Assembly: GCA_020845475.1 (NCBI GenBank) | Contig: JADLFN010000046.1 | Span: 12,997 to 76,996, forward strand | Direction of reading: 5' to 3' | Length of the DNA stretch: 64,000 nucleotides | DNA from: Planctomycetota bacterium | Lineage (GTDB): Bacteria; Planctomycetota; UBA8742; UBA2392 | Shown: positions 45,590 through 54,846 of the stretch, piece by piece | How positions within the stretch are numbered: position 1 is the stretch's first letter | Layout of the letters: each line of letters begins with the position of its first letter | Program-made: the position numbers and the translations under genes | Notes under the pieces: generated by a model | Seen by the model: only the letters and a program-made list of their open reading frames with translations | Databases searched by the model: none | What the model was told of the DNA's origin: nothing

Positions 45590-47089
45590 CTAGGCCTTCA
45601 CTTTTTCGCGGCGGCTGCCGGCGGCGGAATTCCAGTGTTTGGCGAGAGCAGCGGCCGCTTCTTCACGGTCGTCGAAGTGCGCCGTGCGATCTTTGAAAAT
45701 CTGGTACGGCTCATGGCCCTTGCCCGCAATCAGCACCACTTCACCAGGCTTGGCTTCGCGGATGGCGAGTTCGATTGCGTCACGGCGATCCACTATTGCA
45801 TCCACCGGACGTTTCTGCGGCGGGATGCCCGCGATGATCTGCTCAAGAATCGATTCGGGCGCTTCGCTGCGCGGGTTGTCGCTGGTCACGATCACGCGAT
45901 CGGCGATGGCGGCCGCTATCGCACCCATCTTCGGGCGCTTGGTGCGGTCGCGGTCGCCGCCGCATCCGAACACGCACGTCAGGCGCTGGCCGGCGCAGAC
46001 TTCACGCATGGTGCCCAGCACGTTCTCCAGCGAATCGGGCGTGTGCGCGTAATCCACAAACACCAACGGGCCGTTGGAACACGGCACGCGCTCAAGACGC
46101 CCGGGTGCGCCGCGAAACCTCGCAACCGCACTTCGAATGCCCTCGATGGGCAACTCCAGTGCAAGGCCCAGCCCGATACATGCCATCAGATTCATGGCGT
46201 TGTAGCGACCGGTGATGATGCTCTCAAAGCGCTCGACGCGGCCTCGGAAATGCACGTCAAAGCTCATTCCGCCTAAGGCCATGCGCAAGTCGGTCAAGCG
46301 CACATCGGCCTTTTCGCTTGTTCCGTATCGAAGCACCGGCCCGCGCGCGCGCGCGCACATGCGATCGCCGTGGGGATCATCCATGTTGATCAGTGAAATC
46401 CCGGGGCTGTCCTCGAAAAGGCGCGCCTTGGCGTTAAAGTAGGAATCGAAGTCGATGTGATAATCCAGGTGATCGTGGCCCAGGTTGGTGAAAATTGCGC
46501 CCGCAAAGGGAATACCGGCGACGCGATCCTGATCCAGGGCATGGCTGGAAACTTCCATGGCGCACGCGCCCTGACCACGCGCGCGCATCTCCGCCAGCAA
46601 ACGCTGCACTTCCAGGGCGCTGGGAGTTGTCATAGCCGCGACGCGATGCTCGCTGCCCACAATGTTCTCGACCGTGCCGATCAGCCCGCAAGACACCCTG
46701 CAAGCCTCGAAGATCTCCCGCATGGCAAAGGCCACCGTGGTCTTGCCCTTGGTTCCGGTCACGCCGACCATGCGCAGATTCTGCGCCGGCTGACCATTGA
46801 ACAGAGCGGCCAGGTGCGCAAGCGTGCGGCGCGGCTTCTCGCTGACCAGTTGCGGCAGATCGATCGGCAACTCGCGCGCAACCAGCAAAGCTTTGGCACC
46901 CGCGGCGATGGCCGCCTCGACAAACTGCGTGCCATCGGCCTTCGTGCCCGGCAGCGCGGCAAACACTTCGCCTTTGCGCACTTTTCGGCTGTCGTCGGTC
47001 ACCCCCACCACTCGGCTCTGGCGGTTGTTGACCACGCGCAACGTGGGGTCTTGACTCGTCAAGTGCTTGGCAATCGTATCGAATCGCAT
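45590..47089 (-). CDS. murE: UDP-N-acetylmuramoyl-L-alanyl-D-glutamate--2,6-diaminopimelate ligase
   Basis: GVTGTKGKTT P-loop and ...DYAHTPDSLE.., ...GCGGDRDRTKRP... motifs. Confidence 0.93.
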   Translation of the reverse strand: MRFDTIAKHLTSQDPTLRVVNNRQSRVVGVTDDSRKVRKGEVFAALPGTKADGTQFVEAAIAAGAKALLVARELPIDLPQLVSEKPRRTLAHLAALFNGQPAQNLRMVGVTGTKGKTTVAFAMREIFEACRVSCGLIGTVENIVGSEHRVAAMTTPSALEVQRLLAEMRARGQGACAMEVSSHALDQDRVAGIPFAGAIFTNLGHDHLDYHIDFDSYFNAKARLFEDSPGISLINMDDPHGDRMCARARGPVLRYGTSEKADVRLTDLRMALGGMSFDVHFRGRVERFESIITGRYNAMNLMACIGLGLALELPIEGIRSAVARFRGAPGRLERVPCSNGPLVFVDYAHTPDSLENVLGTMREVCAGQRLTCVFGCGGDRDRTKRPKMGAIAAAIADRVIVTSDNPRSEAPESILEQIIAGIPPQKRPVDAIVDRRDAIELAIREAKPGEVVLIAGKGHEPYQIFKDRTAHFDDREEAAAALAKHWNSAAGSRREKVKA

Positions 47090-47115
47090 GTTTGTTCCTA
47101 TGCGGCGCAGCCGCG

Positions 47116-49023
47116 CTAGTCCCTGGCAGGCTTCACATTGGCTTCAACGCTTCCGTCGCCGAGGTCGGGCAGTTCGGGCGGGGTTTCGGCCACCCCCAGG
47201 TACTTGAGCGTGCGCAGCGTGATGCGCGACATCGTGGGCGCCGCCACCGTTCCGCCGAAGTGCAGAATCGGATAGCCCCACTTGTTCAGGACTTTGGCCC
47301 GCGCCTCATTGACAACTACGATGACGCTGATGCGGGGGTTGTCCGCCGGAGCGTAGCCGACAAACGAGCAGATTTTGTCCGGGCTGTACTGGCCCTGTTT
47401 GACTTTGTGCGCCGTGCCGGTCTTGCCCGCGATCTTGTACTCGGTGATCGACGCGGATTTTGCAGTGCCCTCAGCGCTGACCACCCGCTTGAGCGTTTCA
47501 TTCATCAGGTTGCGCGTCACGTCCTCGCTCAAGCCTGTGTCGCACAGAATCTCGGGCTGGCGCTCGTACAGAACTTCGCCATCAATCGCGACAACCCGGC
47601 TGACTACAAATGGCTTCATCATTTTGCCGCCGTTGGCAATCGCGTTGAACGAGTTGAGCATCTGCAACGCAGTGACCTGGACCTCGTAGCCCATGCAGAT
47701 TGAAGGGATGCTGCTGCCGATACTCCATTGAGGGAGCGGGCGCAGGCGACCGGGACTCTCGCCGAACTGCGGTCCGCCCACGTCAAAGCCGGTACGGCGG
47801 CCAAAGGCGCAGGCATCGAGGTGCGCGCGCAGACGTTCGGGGCCGAGCAGCAGGCCGATGCGTGTCATCTGCGTGTTGCTCGACTTCACCAGGCCCACAT
47901 CAACCTGGGCGCCCCAGCGGCCGTCGGGCATCTGCACCAGGCAGTTGGCGGGAATGGGGTGTGTGCCGTCGCTCACCGCCTTGCGCCGACCCGGAACTTT
48001 CAATTCGGGCGTGTAGGGCAGAATTGAGTCCGGTGTGAGCAGCCCGTTCTGGTATGCGCCGCAAACGATCAGCGGTTTGAACATCGAGCCCGGCTCGAAG
48101 GCATCCGTGATTGCAATGTTGCGCCGCCCGTCAGGTGAAGCACCGGGGTTGTTGGGATCAAACGTCGGGTAATTCGACATCCCCAAGATGGCGCCTGTGT
48201 GCGTTTCCATGACCACGATCGCAACACTCACGGGGTCCCACTTGTCAACGCAGGCCTTGAGTTCTTCTTCCACGATGGCCTGGATGGCGGCGTCGAGCGT
48301 CAGTTCGACGTTAGCGCCGTCGATGGCAGGCTCGATCAAATCGTCTGCGCCGGGAACGGCGCGGCCCAGCGCGTCAACCGTGACAACGCGCCTGCCCGGC
48401 TGCGGCATGAGCATGCCATCGAGCAGACGCTCCACGCCTTCCTGGCCGGCTTTGTCCGAGCCGACGAACCCGACGATGTGCGGCGCGAAGACGCCTTGCG
48501 GATACTCGCGCGTTTCTATCGCGCGCAGCTCGACGCCGGGCAGGTTTCCGGCTTTGCACGCCGCCTTGATGGCTTCGGCCTGCGGATCGCTGATCTCGCG
48601 GGCGACACTGTAGTAGTACTTGTCGGCGCGGCGGTTGAGTTCGAGTTCGAGGCTTTTGGCAAACGCATCGTCACGACCGAGCAGCGCGGCCAGCCTCGCC
48701 GCCAGTGTCTGCCGCTGCGCAGCGGGCACGGCGCGCGGGTTCACCACAACGGTGTTGCCGGAGAAAGTGCTGCGCGCCAGCGCCACGCCATCGCGCGTGA
48801 GAATGGCCCCGCGCTCACCGGGCAATGGAATCGTGCGCGTGCTGTTTTTGTCGCGCTGAGCCTGGTACTTTTCGTGCGCGAACACCTGAATCGAGAACAG
48901 CCGGCCGCACAGGCCGGTGATGACGATGACCACAAACCCCAGAATGTACAACGCCCGACGACGCGGCGAGGGCACGCCTCTGCCCGGCTGCATGAACCAT
49001 TGAAGCCAGCTGGCCATGGTCAA
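47116..49023 (-). CDS. ftsI: penicillin-binding protein, transpeptidase (FtsI/PBP3-like)
   Basis: N-terminal TM anchor. SxxK (GSMFKP), SxN (KSSN) and KTG (GKTGTA) motifs. Confidence 0.9.
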   Translation of the reverse strand: MTMASWLQWFMQPGRGVPSPRRRALYILGFVVIVITGLCGRLFSIQVFAHEKYQAQRDKNSTRTIPLPGERGAILTRDGVALARSTFSGNTVVVNPRAVPAAQRQTLAARLAALLGRDDAFAKSLELELNRRADKYYYSVAREISDPQAEAIKAACKAGNLPGVELRAIETREYPQGVFAPHIVGFVGSDKAGQEGVERLLDGMLMPQPGRRVVTVDALGRAVPGADDLIEPAIDGANVELTLDAAIQAIVEEELKACVDKWDPVSVAIVVMETHTGAILGMSNYPTFDPNNPGASPDGRRNIAITDAFEPGSMFKPLIVCGAYQNGLLTPDSILPYTPELKVPGRRKAVSDGTHPIPANCLVQMPDGRWGAQVDVGLVKSSNTQMTRIGLLLGPERLRAHLDACAFGRRTGFDVGGPQFGESPGRLRPLPQWSIGSSIPSICMGYEVQVTALQMLNSFNAIANGGKMMKPFVVSRVVAIDGEVLYERQPEILCDTGLSEDVTRNLMNETLKRVVSAEGTAKSASITEYKIAGKTGTAHKVKQGQYSPDKICSFVGYAPADNPRISVIVVVNEARAKVLNKWGYPILHFGGTVAAPTMSRITLRTLKYLGVAETPPELPDLGDGSVEANVKPARD

Positions 49024-49340
49024 CCTTTCTTCTTTTCCGGCTTGGCCTTGGCAGCGGATGCTTCAGTCTTGGGTTTGCCGGGCTTGGCCGGCTCTTCTTT
49101 GAATTCAGGCGGGACGAGTGGGATGCCAAGTTCCTTCACGCGCTCCCAGAGCCGGCTTGGGTTCTGCGCTTCTTCGTGCTTCTTGTTGAGCACGCGGATC
49201 TGCTCGTCCGTCTCGAGAATCTGCTTTTCGGTCTTGCCGATGTGGTAGTTCACGCTGCGGATCTGCAGCTGCTGCGCGACCACGATGCCGCCCAGCCCCA
49301 CAAAGAACAGCAGCGCGCAGATTGAAGTTGAGAGATTCAC
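49020..49340 (-). CDS. ftsL: FtsL-like cell division protein
   Basis: 106 aa. One TM segment (ICALLFFVGLGGIVVA), a short coiled coil and a Lys/Pro-rich tail. Positioned between rsmH and ftsI with a 4-nt overlap with ftsI. Confidence 0.7.
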   Translation of the reverse strand: MNLSTSICALLFFVGLGGIVVAQQLQIRSVNYHIGKTEKQILETDEQIRVLNKKHEEAQNPSRLWERVKELGIPLVPPEFKEEPAKPGKPKTEASAAKAKPEKKKG

Positions 49341-49343
49341 GTT

Positions 49344-50267
49344 TCACCTGTGGTGCTTGCTGCGCCGCACGTTGGACTTTGTGACGACTTCGCCCCAGAC
49401 AAACGCGCGCAGCTTGGCACTGCTTGCCCTGGGGTTTAGAGCCACTTCTGCTTCATCGGCGGTTATTGGCTTGCGCTTGAGCGTTCTTCCCAGCCCTTCG
49501 CGCTCCCATTGCGCAAAGCGCTGCTTGACGATGCGGTCTTCAAGCGAGTGAAAGCTGATCACGCAAACAACTCCGCCGACACCCGTGTGCGTCGGCACGG
49601 CATCGAGAGCGCGAGTGAGTTCACCCATCTCATCGTTCACCGCGATGCGAAGAGCCTGGAATGTGCGTGTGGCGGGGTCGATACGCTGGCGGCCTTTGGG
49701 ATAGACGCGCCGGCAGATCTCGGCCAGTTGACCTGTCGTTGAAAGCCGAGCCGCGTCACGTTCGCGCACGATCGCTTTGGCGATCGGCCAGGCCAGCTTC
49801 TCCTCGCCGAATTCACGCAGCAATTGAGCGATCTCGGGCGCATCCTTGCCCGCAATAAACTCCGCCACGGACAGTCCCATGCTTGAGTCCATCCGCATAT
49901 CGAGCGGCCCGTCAGCCCGGAAGCTGAAGCCGCGCGCCGGCGAATCAAGTTGAAGGCTGGAAACACCGAGATCCAGCAGTAGCCCGTCTACACGCTCAAG
50001 GCCCAGTTCGCGGATGCAATCAGGCCACGATCCGAAGCTCGCGTGGCGGAGAGTGGCACGGCCGCTTCCTCGCAGACGCTCAGTTGCACGCGAAAGCGCG
50101 GCATCGTCTTTATCAAGCCCGATGATCCGTGTCCGAGGGTGGGCATCGAGGATGGCCTGGGCGTGTCCGCCCAGTCCGACGGTGCCGTCCACGACAACTG
50201 CGTCGTTGCGAAGTCCGCTAAACGCTTCAAGCACGGCTCCGACAAGGACGGATATGTGCTCGGCCAT
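49344..50267 (-). CDS. rsmH: 16S rRNA (cytosine1402-N4)-methyltransferase
   Basis: HISVL...VVDGTVGLGGHA...DLGVSS.QLD...ISFHSLEDRIVK motifs. Confidence 0.95.
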   Translation of the reverse strand: MAEHISVLVGAVLEAFSGLRNDAVVVDGTVGLGGHAQAILDAHPRTRIIGLDKDDAALSRATERLRGSGRATLRHASFGSWPDCIRELGLERVDGLLLDLGVSSLQLDSPARGFSFRADGPLDMRMDSSMGLSVAEFIAGKDAPEIAQLLREFGEEKLAWPIAKAIVRERDAARLSTTGQLAEICRRVYPKGRQRIDPATRTFQALRIAVNDEMGELTRALDAVPTHTGVGGVVCVISFHSLEDRIVKQRFAQWEREGLGRTLKRKPITADEAEVALNPRASSAKLRAFVWGEVVTKSNVRRSKHHR

Positions 50268-50271
50268 GAGC

Positions 50272-50529
50272 TCACGCGGCCACCGAGATCATCCGGGCGC
50301 TTTCACGCGCCTCGGCCTTGTCGAGCGCGCGGATCAAGCCCATGACGTGCTCGGAGAATTCAATGCCGCCGACAAACTTCTGGGCGCGCTTGAGCAGCGA
50401 TTGGCAGCGGCGGATTTCGTCGCGCTTCTCCAGAAGCTGGAGGTCGCTCAAATCGCCGAGGTTGGGCAGCAGGGTTGCCACGGCGTTCAAGCCGTTGGGA
50501 TCATGCTGCTCGTTGAAGTTGAAATCCAT
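50272..50529 (-). CDS. hypothetical 85-aa protein inserted between mraZ and rsmH
   Basis: MDFNFNEQHDPNGLNAVATLLPNLGDLSDLQLLEKRDEIRR... GC-rich third codon positions. GGGGA lies 7 nt upstream of the ATG. The stop is 5 nt before the rsmH start. Confidence 0.65.
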   Translation of the reverse strand: MDFNFNEQHDPNGLNAVATLLPNLGDLSDLQLLEKRDEIRRCQSLLKRAQKFVGGIEFSEHVMGLIRALDKAEARESARMISVAA

Positions 50530-50781
50530 TTACCGTCCCCTTGTCTTTGAAGCAAAGCACGGCCCGACCGCGCAAAGCGCGTTTCGTTGCGTGCCGGAAG
50601 TTGGTCAGCTCTGTGGTGTGGCGCCGTTGCGCGCGGCGTCTCGCGGTCGGGCATATCGCGGCCGACGGGCGCCAGCTTTCGCTGGTATCGGTTGAGTGTG
50701 CAGCGGAACTTCACTCAATCCGAAAATGGTTTGCGGCATGCGGTCAGCGGAACATGCAAAGCCTCACCCGCATACCGCTGA

Positions 50782-51273
50782 CTACTTGCTGCTACCCTGC
50801 AACTTGGCTTCTTCGTATAGCCTGGCGACCGCGGCCGGATCGAGATCCTCCAAATCCAGTTGCTGCGCCGATGTCTTCGCTTCTTCCGGGCTGTAAACAA
50901 GCAAGTGGCCCCCTCGACCGCTCACTTTGAGCTCGCCCTTGAGCCGCGCCCAGGCCACATGGCTGGCCGGCAAAAGCACTCGTCCCTGTTTGTCGCATTC
51001 GCACCACTCAAATCTACCCAAGAGCGCCTGGCGCTTGCGTTGCTCCGCATCCGGCAGCCCTGAATCCCCCGCGAGCTCATGCATGCGCCGCTCGCCGCTT
51101 TCTTTGTCAAAAACTTCAAGGCTCCAGAAATCGGGCCCGGGACCTACCAACAGGACAACCGTTCCATCCGGCGAAGGCGGCAACTTGCTGCGAAACTTTG
51201 CGGGCAAGGTGATCCGGTTCTTCGCGTCGATGATGGTCTGCGCTTCCCCGATATAGCGCGAACCCATGGTCAT
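50782..51273 (-). CDS. mraZ: division/cell wall cluster transcriptional regulator MraZ
   Basis: Two SpoVT/AbrB-like halves, with DAKNRITLPAKFR and DKQGRVLLPASH motifs. Confidence 0.9.
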   Translation of the reverse strand: MTMGSRYIGEAQTIIDAKNRITLPAKFRSKLPPSPDGTVVLLVGPGPDFWSLEVFDKESGERRMHELAGDSGLPDAEQRKRQALLGRFEWCECDKQGRVLLPASHVAWARLKGELKVSGRGGHLLVYSPEEAKTSAQQLDLEDLDPAAVARLYEEAKLQGSSK

Positions 51274-51299
51274 TGTGTGGCACCTGCAAGGAAGTTACT

Positions 51300-51336
51300 C
51301 CACTTTGCCCCACTTGTCCATTTATCGGCCCCACTT
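51300..51336 (-). promoter_or_regulatory. candidate MraZ operator: phased AAGTGGGG/AAGTGGAG repeats upstream of mraZ
   Basis: Plus-strand CCACTT at 51300, CCCCACTT at 51308 and CCCCACTT at 51329. The CCACTT cores are 10 and 21 nt apart and lie 27-63 nt upstream of the mraZ ATG. MraZ is known to bind phased GTGGG-type repeats. Confidence 0.5.
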
Positions 51337-51407
51337 TTCCTGATTTTTTTTGACTTTTTCGCTCGGAGCCGGTTCGGCGTCGCCACTCCACTGCATGTAG
51401 GACTTAC

Positions 51408-52517
51408 ATGATGTTGTCACTACATATCGCGCGTTTTTCAGTTACCGACACACTTATCCACGTCATGCCGTGGCGACTTCGGCACCCCAAATCGCAATTT
51501 TTCTGCCGCGCCGACATGCAAACTCACCCACCTTGCGCCACTTCATGGCATATTCACGCAAAACCCGCTTGGAGAGCGGCTTTGAAGCACTTTGCCGACC
51601 GTTTGCTCGACGCCATCGCGCGCAAGAAAGCGCCCGTGTGTGTGGGCTTGGATCCGCGCCTGGACTGGGTTCCAGAGGAATTCTTCGTTGCAGCATTTGA
51701 ACAGCACGGGCGCTGCGACACAGCTGTGCGCGCGGCGGTGCGCGCGTTCTGTATTGAGGTGATCGATCTCGTTGAACCCTTTTGCCCCGCGATCAAGCCG
51801 CAAGCCGCTTTCTTTGAGGCTTTGGGGCCGGCGGGCCTGACGGATTTTGCGGCGGTTTGTGCCCATGCCCGAGCGAAGCACCTGCTCGTGATCGCCGACG
51901 TCAAGCGCGGCGACATCGGCAGCACTTCAGAAGCCTATGCGCAAAGCCTGTTTGGCGGCGCGCAGACACGGGGCATCGATTTGCCCTCGCTGAACGTGGA
52001 TTGCGCCACGGTCAACCCCTACCTCGGCGCTGATGGCGTGACGCCCTTTGTAGAAGCGGCCGCCAAGGCCGGCGGCGGAGTCTTTGTCCTTGCACGCACC
52101 AGCAACCCGGGCAGCGCGCAGTTCCAGGAACTAACTCTCACCCTTGGCGGCACCGTGGTTGAACAGGTTGCGCAGCGGATCAACGAATGGGGCGCGCCTA
52201 CCGTTGGCGCCTGCGGCTACTCGCACGTCGGGGCCGTGGTTGGCGCTACGCACGCTGATGCGGCCAGGCTGATGCGCCGGCTGATGCCGCGCGCGCTGTT
52301 TCTGGTGCCGGGATATGGCGCGCAGGGTGGTTCACTGGAGATCATTCGTTCGTGCTTCGGCGCTGACGGCAAGGGCGCCATTGTGAACTCTTCGCGCGGC
52401 GTGATGCACGCATATGCGCAGGGCCCGCTCAAAGATTACGGCGTGGGCCGCTGGCGCGAAGCAGTCGTTGAAGCCGCCAGATCGCTGCAAAGTGAAATTG
52501 GCGGATTGGTGGCCTGA
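51408..52517 (+). CDS. pyrF: orotidine 5'-phosphate decarboxylase, type 2
   Basis: ..KKAPVCVGLDPRLDWVP.., ..LVIADVKRGDIGST.. (catalytic Lys). The real start is probably downstream of 51408: ATG 51513, or in-frame TTG 51582 giving MKHFADRLLDAI... Confidence 0.88.
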   Translation: MMLSLHIARFSVTDTLIHVMPWRLRHPKSQFFCRADMQTHPPCATSWHIHAKPAWRAALKHFADRLLDAIARKKAPVCVGLDPRLDWVPEEFFVAAFEQHGRCDTAVRAAVRAFCIEVIDLVEPFCPAIKPQAAFFEALGPAGLTDFAAVCAHARAKHLLVIADVKRGDIGSTSEAYAQSLFGGAQTRGIDLPSLNVDCATVNPYLGADGVTPFVEAAAKAGGGVFVLARTSNPGSAQFQELTLTLGGTVVEQVAQRINEWGAPTVGACGYSHVGAVVGATHADAARLMRRLMPRALFLVPGYGAQGGSLEIIRSCFGADGKGAIVNSSRGVMHAYAQGPLKDYGVGRWREAVVEAARSLQSEIGGLVA

Positions 52518-52612
52518 ACTTGCGGCCTGTTCAACCGTTGATATTCAGGGCCCGCGGCTTGCGCGTTTTCGTTTTCGGGGGCACACTGCCGTCCCCAATG
52601 GAGGTTTCAGGA

Positions 52613-53719
52613 ATGACCAGGTTCCTTTCAGTTTGTGCGCTGGCGTTGCTCGCGCCGGCGTTGCTGGCCGACACCATCGGCTACATGGCCAACAAGAATC
52701 TCCAGCAGGAGAACAACGTCGAGATCACGGCTTGGTCCTGGAAGCAGGTGGATTACACCGCCACGATCGAGAAGACGGACAGCAAAGGCGACCTGAAAGT
52801 AGAGAAGGTCAAGAAGTCGGTCGCACGCAAGGATGTCGTAACGCTTACGCGCAGCTCCGAAGGCGGAAGCATGAGCGAATCATTGTTCCGCGCGTTGAGC
52901 GAATTGGGCAATGATCCGCAAGCCGCCATTGAAGCGCTGGATGTGGAAGCCAAGACCGCGACTTCGCCGTTGAACAAGGAAGAAGCCAGGTTCCGCATTG
53001 CCGGCTATTTCGCCGCCAACGCCAACCGGCAGAGCGCAAAGTTCGCCGCCGACAAACTGCGCGAATACCTTACCGCTTACAAAGACGGCTACTTCATCGG
53101 CGAGGCCTACACGCTGTTGGGCCGCATGCAGTTGCTCGGACGCGACAACGATGGCGCGCGCGCCACTTTCAAGGAAATGGTGCGCCTTGGCCCACCCTTT
53201 GACGCAAAAGCCAACCAGGCCCGTGGCGAACTTGAGCTGAACCTGGGCAAGTACGAAGACGCCCTGGGTGCGTTCCGCGACGCGGCCAAGAACGCGGGAG
53301 CTGACAAGGCGCTCAAAGCCAAAGCTGACGCCTACGCCTCCTGGGCACTCTACGCCAACAAGAAAGTTGACGAAGCCAAGGGCATCGCTGAGCCGATCAC
53401 CAAGGACGAGTCCATCAACGACGAAGTCAGCGTTGATGATGAAGCCGCGCTGGCGATTGCCTATCGCGTGCTCGGAGATTGCATGCTGGACAGCCAGTCG
53501 TTCGAACGCGCCTATGACGCGCACATGCTGGCGGCCTATTATGCATGGTGGGTAGGCGGCACGACTGAAGGCTACTCGCTGGCCCAGGCCTATTTTGCAG
53601 CCAAGAAGCTTGAGAGCACAGACGAGAAGTTCAAGGATCGCGCTGAAAAGCTGCGCACAGCGCTCGAGGCCGGTTACCCGTCGGAACTCAAGCGCGTGAA
53701 CGACAAGCTCAAGGGCTGA
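52613..53719 (+). CDS. secreted TPR-like helical repeat protein
   Basis: ATG 52613 after ggagg. Signal peptide MTRFLSVCALALLAPALLA. Helical repeats with a TPR-like pattern (GEAYTLLGRMQLLGRDNDGARATFKEMV). Confidence 0.7.
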   Translation: MTRFLSVCALALLAPALLADTIGYMANKNLQQENNVEITAWSWKQVDYTATIEKTDSKGDLKVEKVKKSVARKDVVTLTRSSEGGSMSESLFRALSELGNDPQAAIEALDVEAKTATSPLNKEEARFRIAGYFAANANRQSAKFAADKLREYLTAYKDGYFIGEAYTLLGRMQLLGRDNDGARATFKEMVRLGPPFDAKANQARGELELNLGKYEDALGAFRDAAKNAGADKALKAKADAYASWALYANKKVDEAKGIAEPITKDESINDEVSVDDEAALAIAYRVLGDCMLDSQSFERAYDAHMLAAYYAWWVGGTTEGYSLAQAYFAAKKLESTDEKFKDRAEKLRTALEAGYPSELKRVNDKLKG

Positions 53720-53745
53720 TGGACTGGTGCATCGCGAAATGAAAC

Positions 53746-53775
53746 AGGGGCGCCAGATGGCGCCCCTTTCGTTAT
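53746..53775 (+). terminator. bidirectional intrinsic terminator between convergent genes
   Basis: aggggcgcc-agat-ggcgcccct, a 9-bp GC stem followed by ttcgttat. The arm is related to the GGGGCG-type palindromes at 32387 and 61939. Confidence 0.7.
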
Positions 53776-53788
53776 GTACTGACCTCTG

Positions 53789-54757
53789 TTAGCGGAATCG
53801 AACGGCGATGAGTTCTGTAGTCGTGGTCTTGTCTCCGTCCTTGAGTTCGGACTTGGCCACGACGCCTTCGGCGGTCAACCATTCTTTCTTCGTTGCCTTG
53901 CCTTCGGTGGTATCAAAGCGTGAGCACAGTAGCTCGCCGGCGGGCACGGTGATCTTTTCGCCCGTGGCGGCGGGCTTGGCGTAGCGCTTGGCCCAGTCTT
54001 CGTTGCTCAGAGAACCGGCGGTGGGCTTGGCATCCGCCAATGGCTTACCGTCTTTGTCGCAGGGTGTATCGGAGAACGTCGCGATCTTGCCGTCATATCC
54101 CTCTGCTTCGCGGCGCGTGTAAGTTTCGCCCGCGGGCGAAACATTCTTGAACACCGCCGTGTTGCCTGCCGTCGTGTAGAACGTTGGAAGCGTGGGCGCC
54201 TTGTTCGAATCCGTGTTGACCGCGCCACTGAGGTAGCCTTCTTTCTTTGTGGAATCGCCGTAGTTTTTCAAAAACACGGAAACCTGTCCGCCCATCACCA
54301 TTTTCACATAGCCGCCGCACTTCACTTCTTTGCAGTAGTAAACCTCGTTGCTCAGCGCGCCGTTGGTCCAGGCCGCCACATCGCAACTCATCTTCACTCC
54401 GCCGTAGGTGATCTCCTTGCTTGACCAGTCCACCTGCATGTTGGTGGGCAGCGTGGCGGGCATCTTGATCATCCACCAATCGGCGGCTTTCTTGTCTTTG
54501 GGCGGATTGGCCTTGCCGTTGACCGTAAGCGTCTCCGTGAGCGTGACTTTGTCGCCATTGATGGCCTTGACTTCGACGCGGCGGAAACTGTCCTTGGCGA
54601 ACTCGTACTCCACCCAGTCGCCCACCTTTGCCGTCGCGCAGGTGTTCCAGCCGTCCTTGAATTCGGTGCCTTCGGGCCTGCCTGCCGCGCTTGCGTTTAC
54701 GGTTGCCAGCGCCAGCACACACAAAGCCGCGCACCATGCCATGCTCATCCGCAACAT
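53789..54757 (-). CDS. secreted hypothetical protein (322 aa) with two copies of the recurrent beta-module
   Basis: GGGAG RBS. Signal peptide MLRMSMAWCAALCVLALATVNASA. Modules EITYGGVKMSCDVAAW...GGYVKMVM and ITVPAGELLCSRFDT...EWLTAEGVVAKSE..ELIAVRF. Confidence 0.75.
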   Translation of the reverse strand: MLRMSMAWCAALCVLALATVNASAAGRPEGTEFKDGWNTCATAKVGDWVEYEFAKDSFRRVEVKAINGDKVTLTETLTVNGKANPPKDKKAADWWMIKMPATLPTNMQVDWSSKEITYGGVKMSCDVAAWTNGALSNEVYYCKEVKCGGYVKMVMGGQVSVFLKNYGDSTKKEGYLSGAVNTDSNKAPTLPTFYTTAGNTAVFKNVSPAGETYTRREAEGYDGKIATFSDTPCDKDGKPLADAKPTAGSLSNEDWAKRYAKPAATGEKITVPAGELLCSRFDTTEGKATKKEWLTAEGVVAKSELKDGDKTTTTELIAVRFR

Positions 54758-54846
54758 GTGAGTCTCCCTTGCCTCGCGTCATTCTAGCCTGAGCGCAACT
54801 TCAAGACAGCCCGGCGGAAGCGATGCCCGATTTCCGGCAGCTCCGC

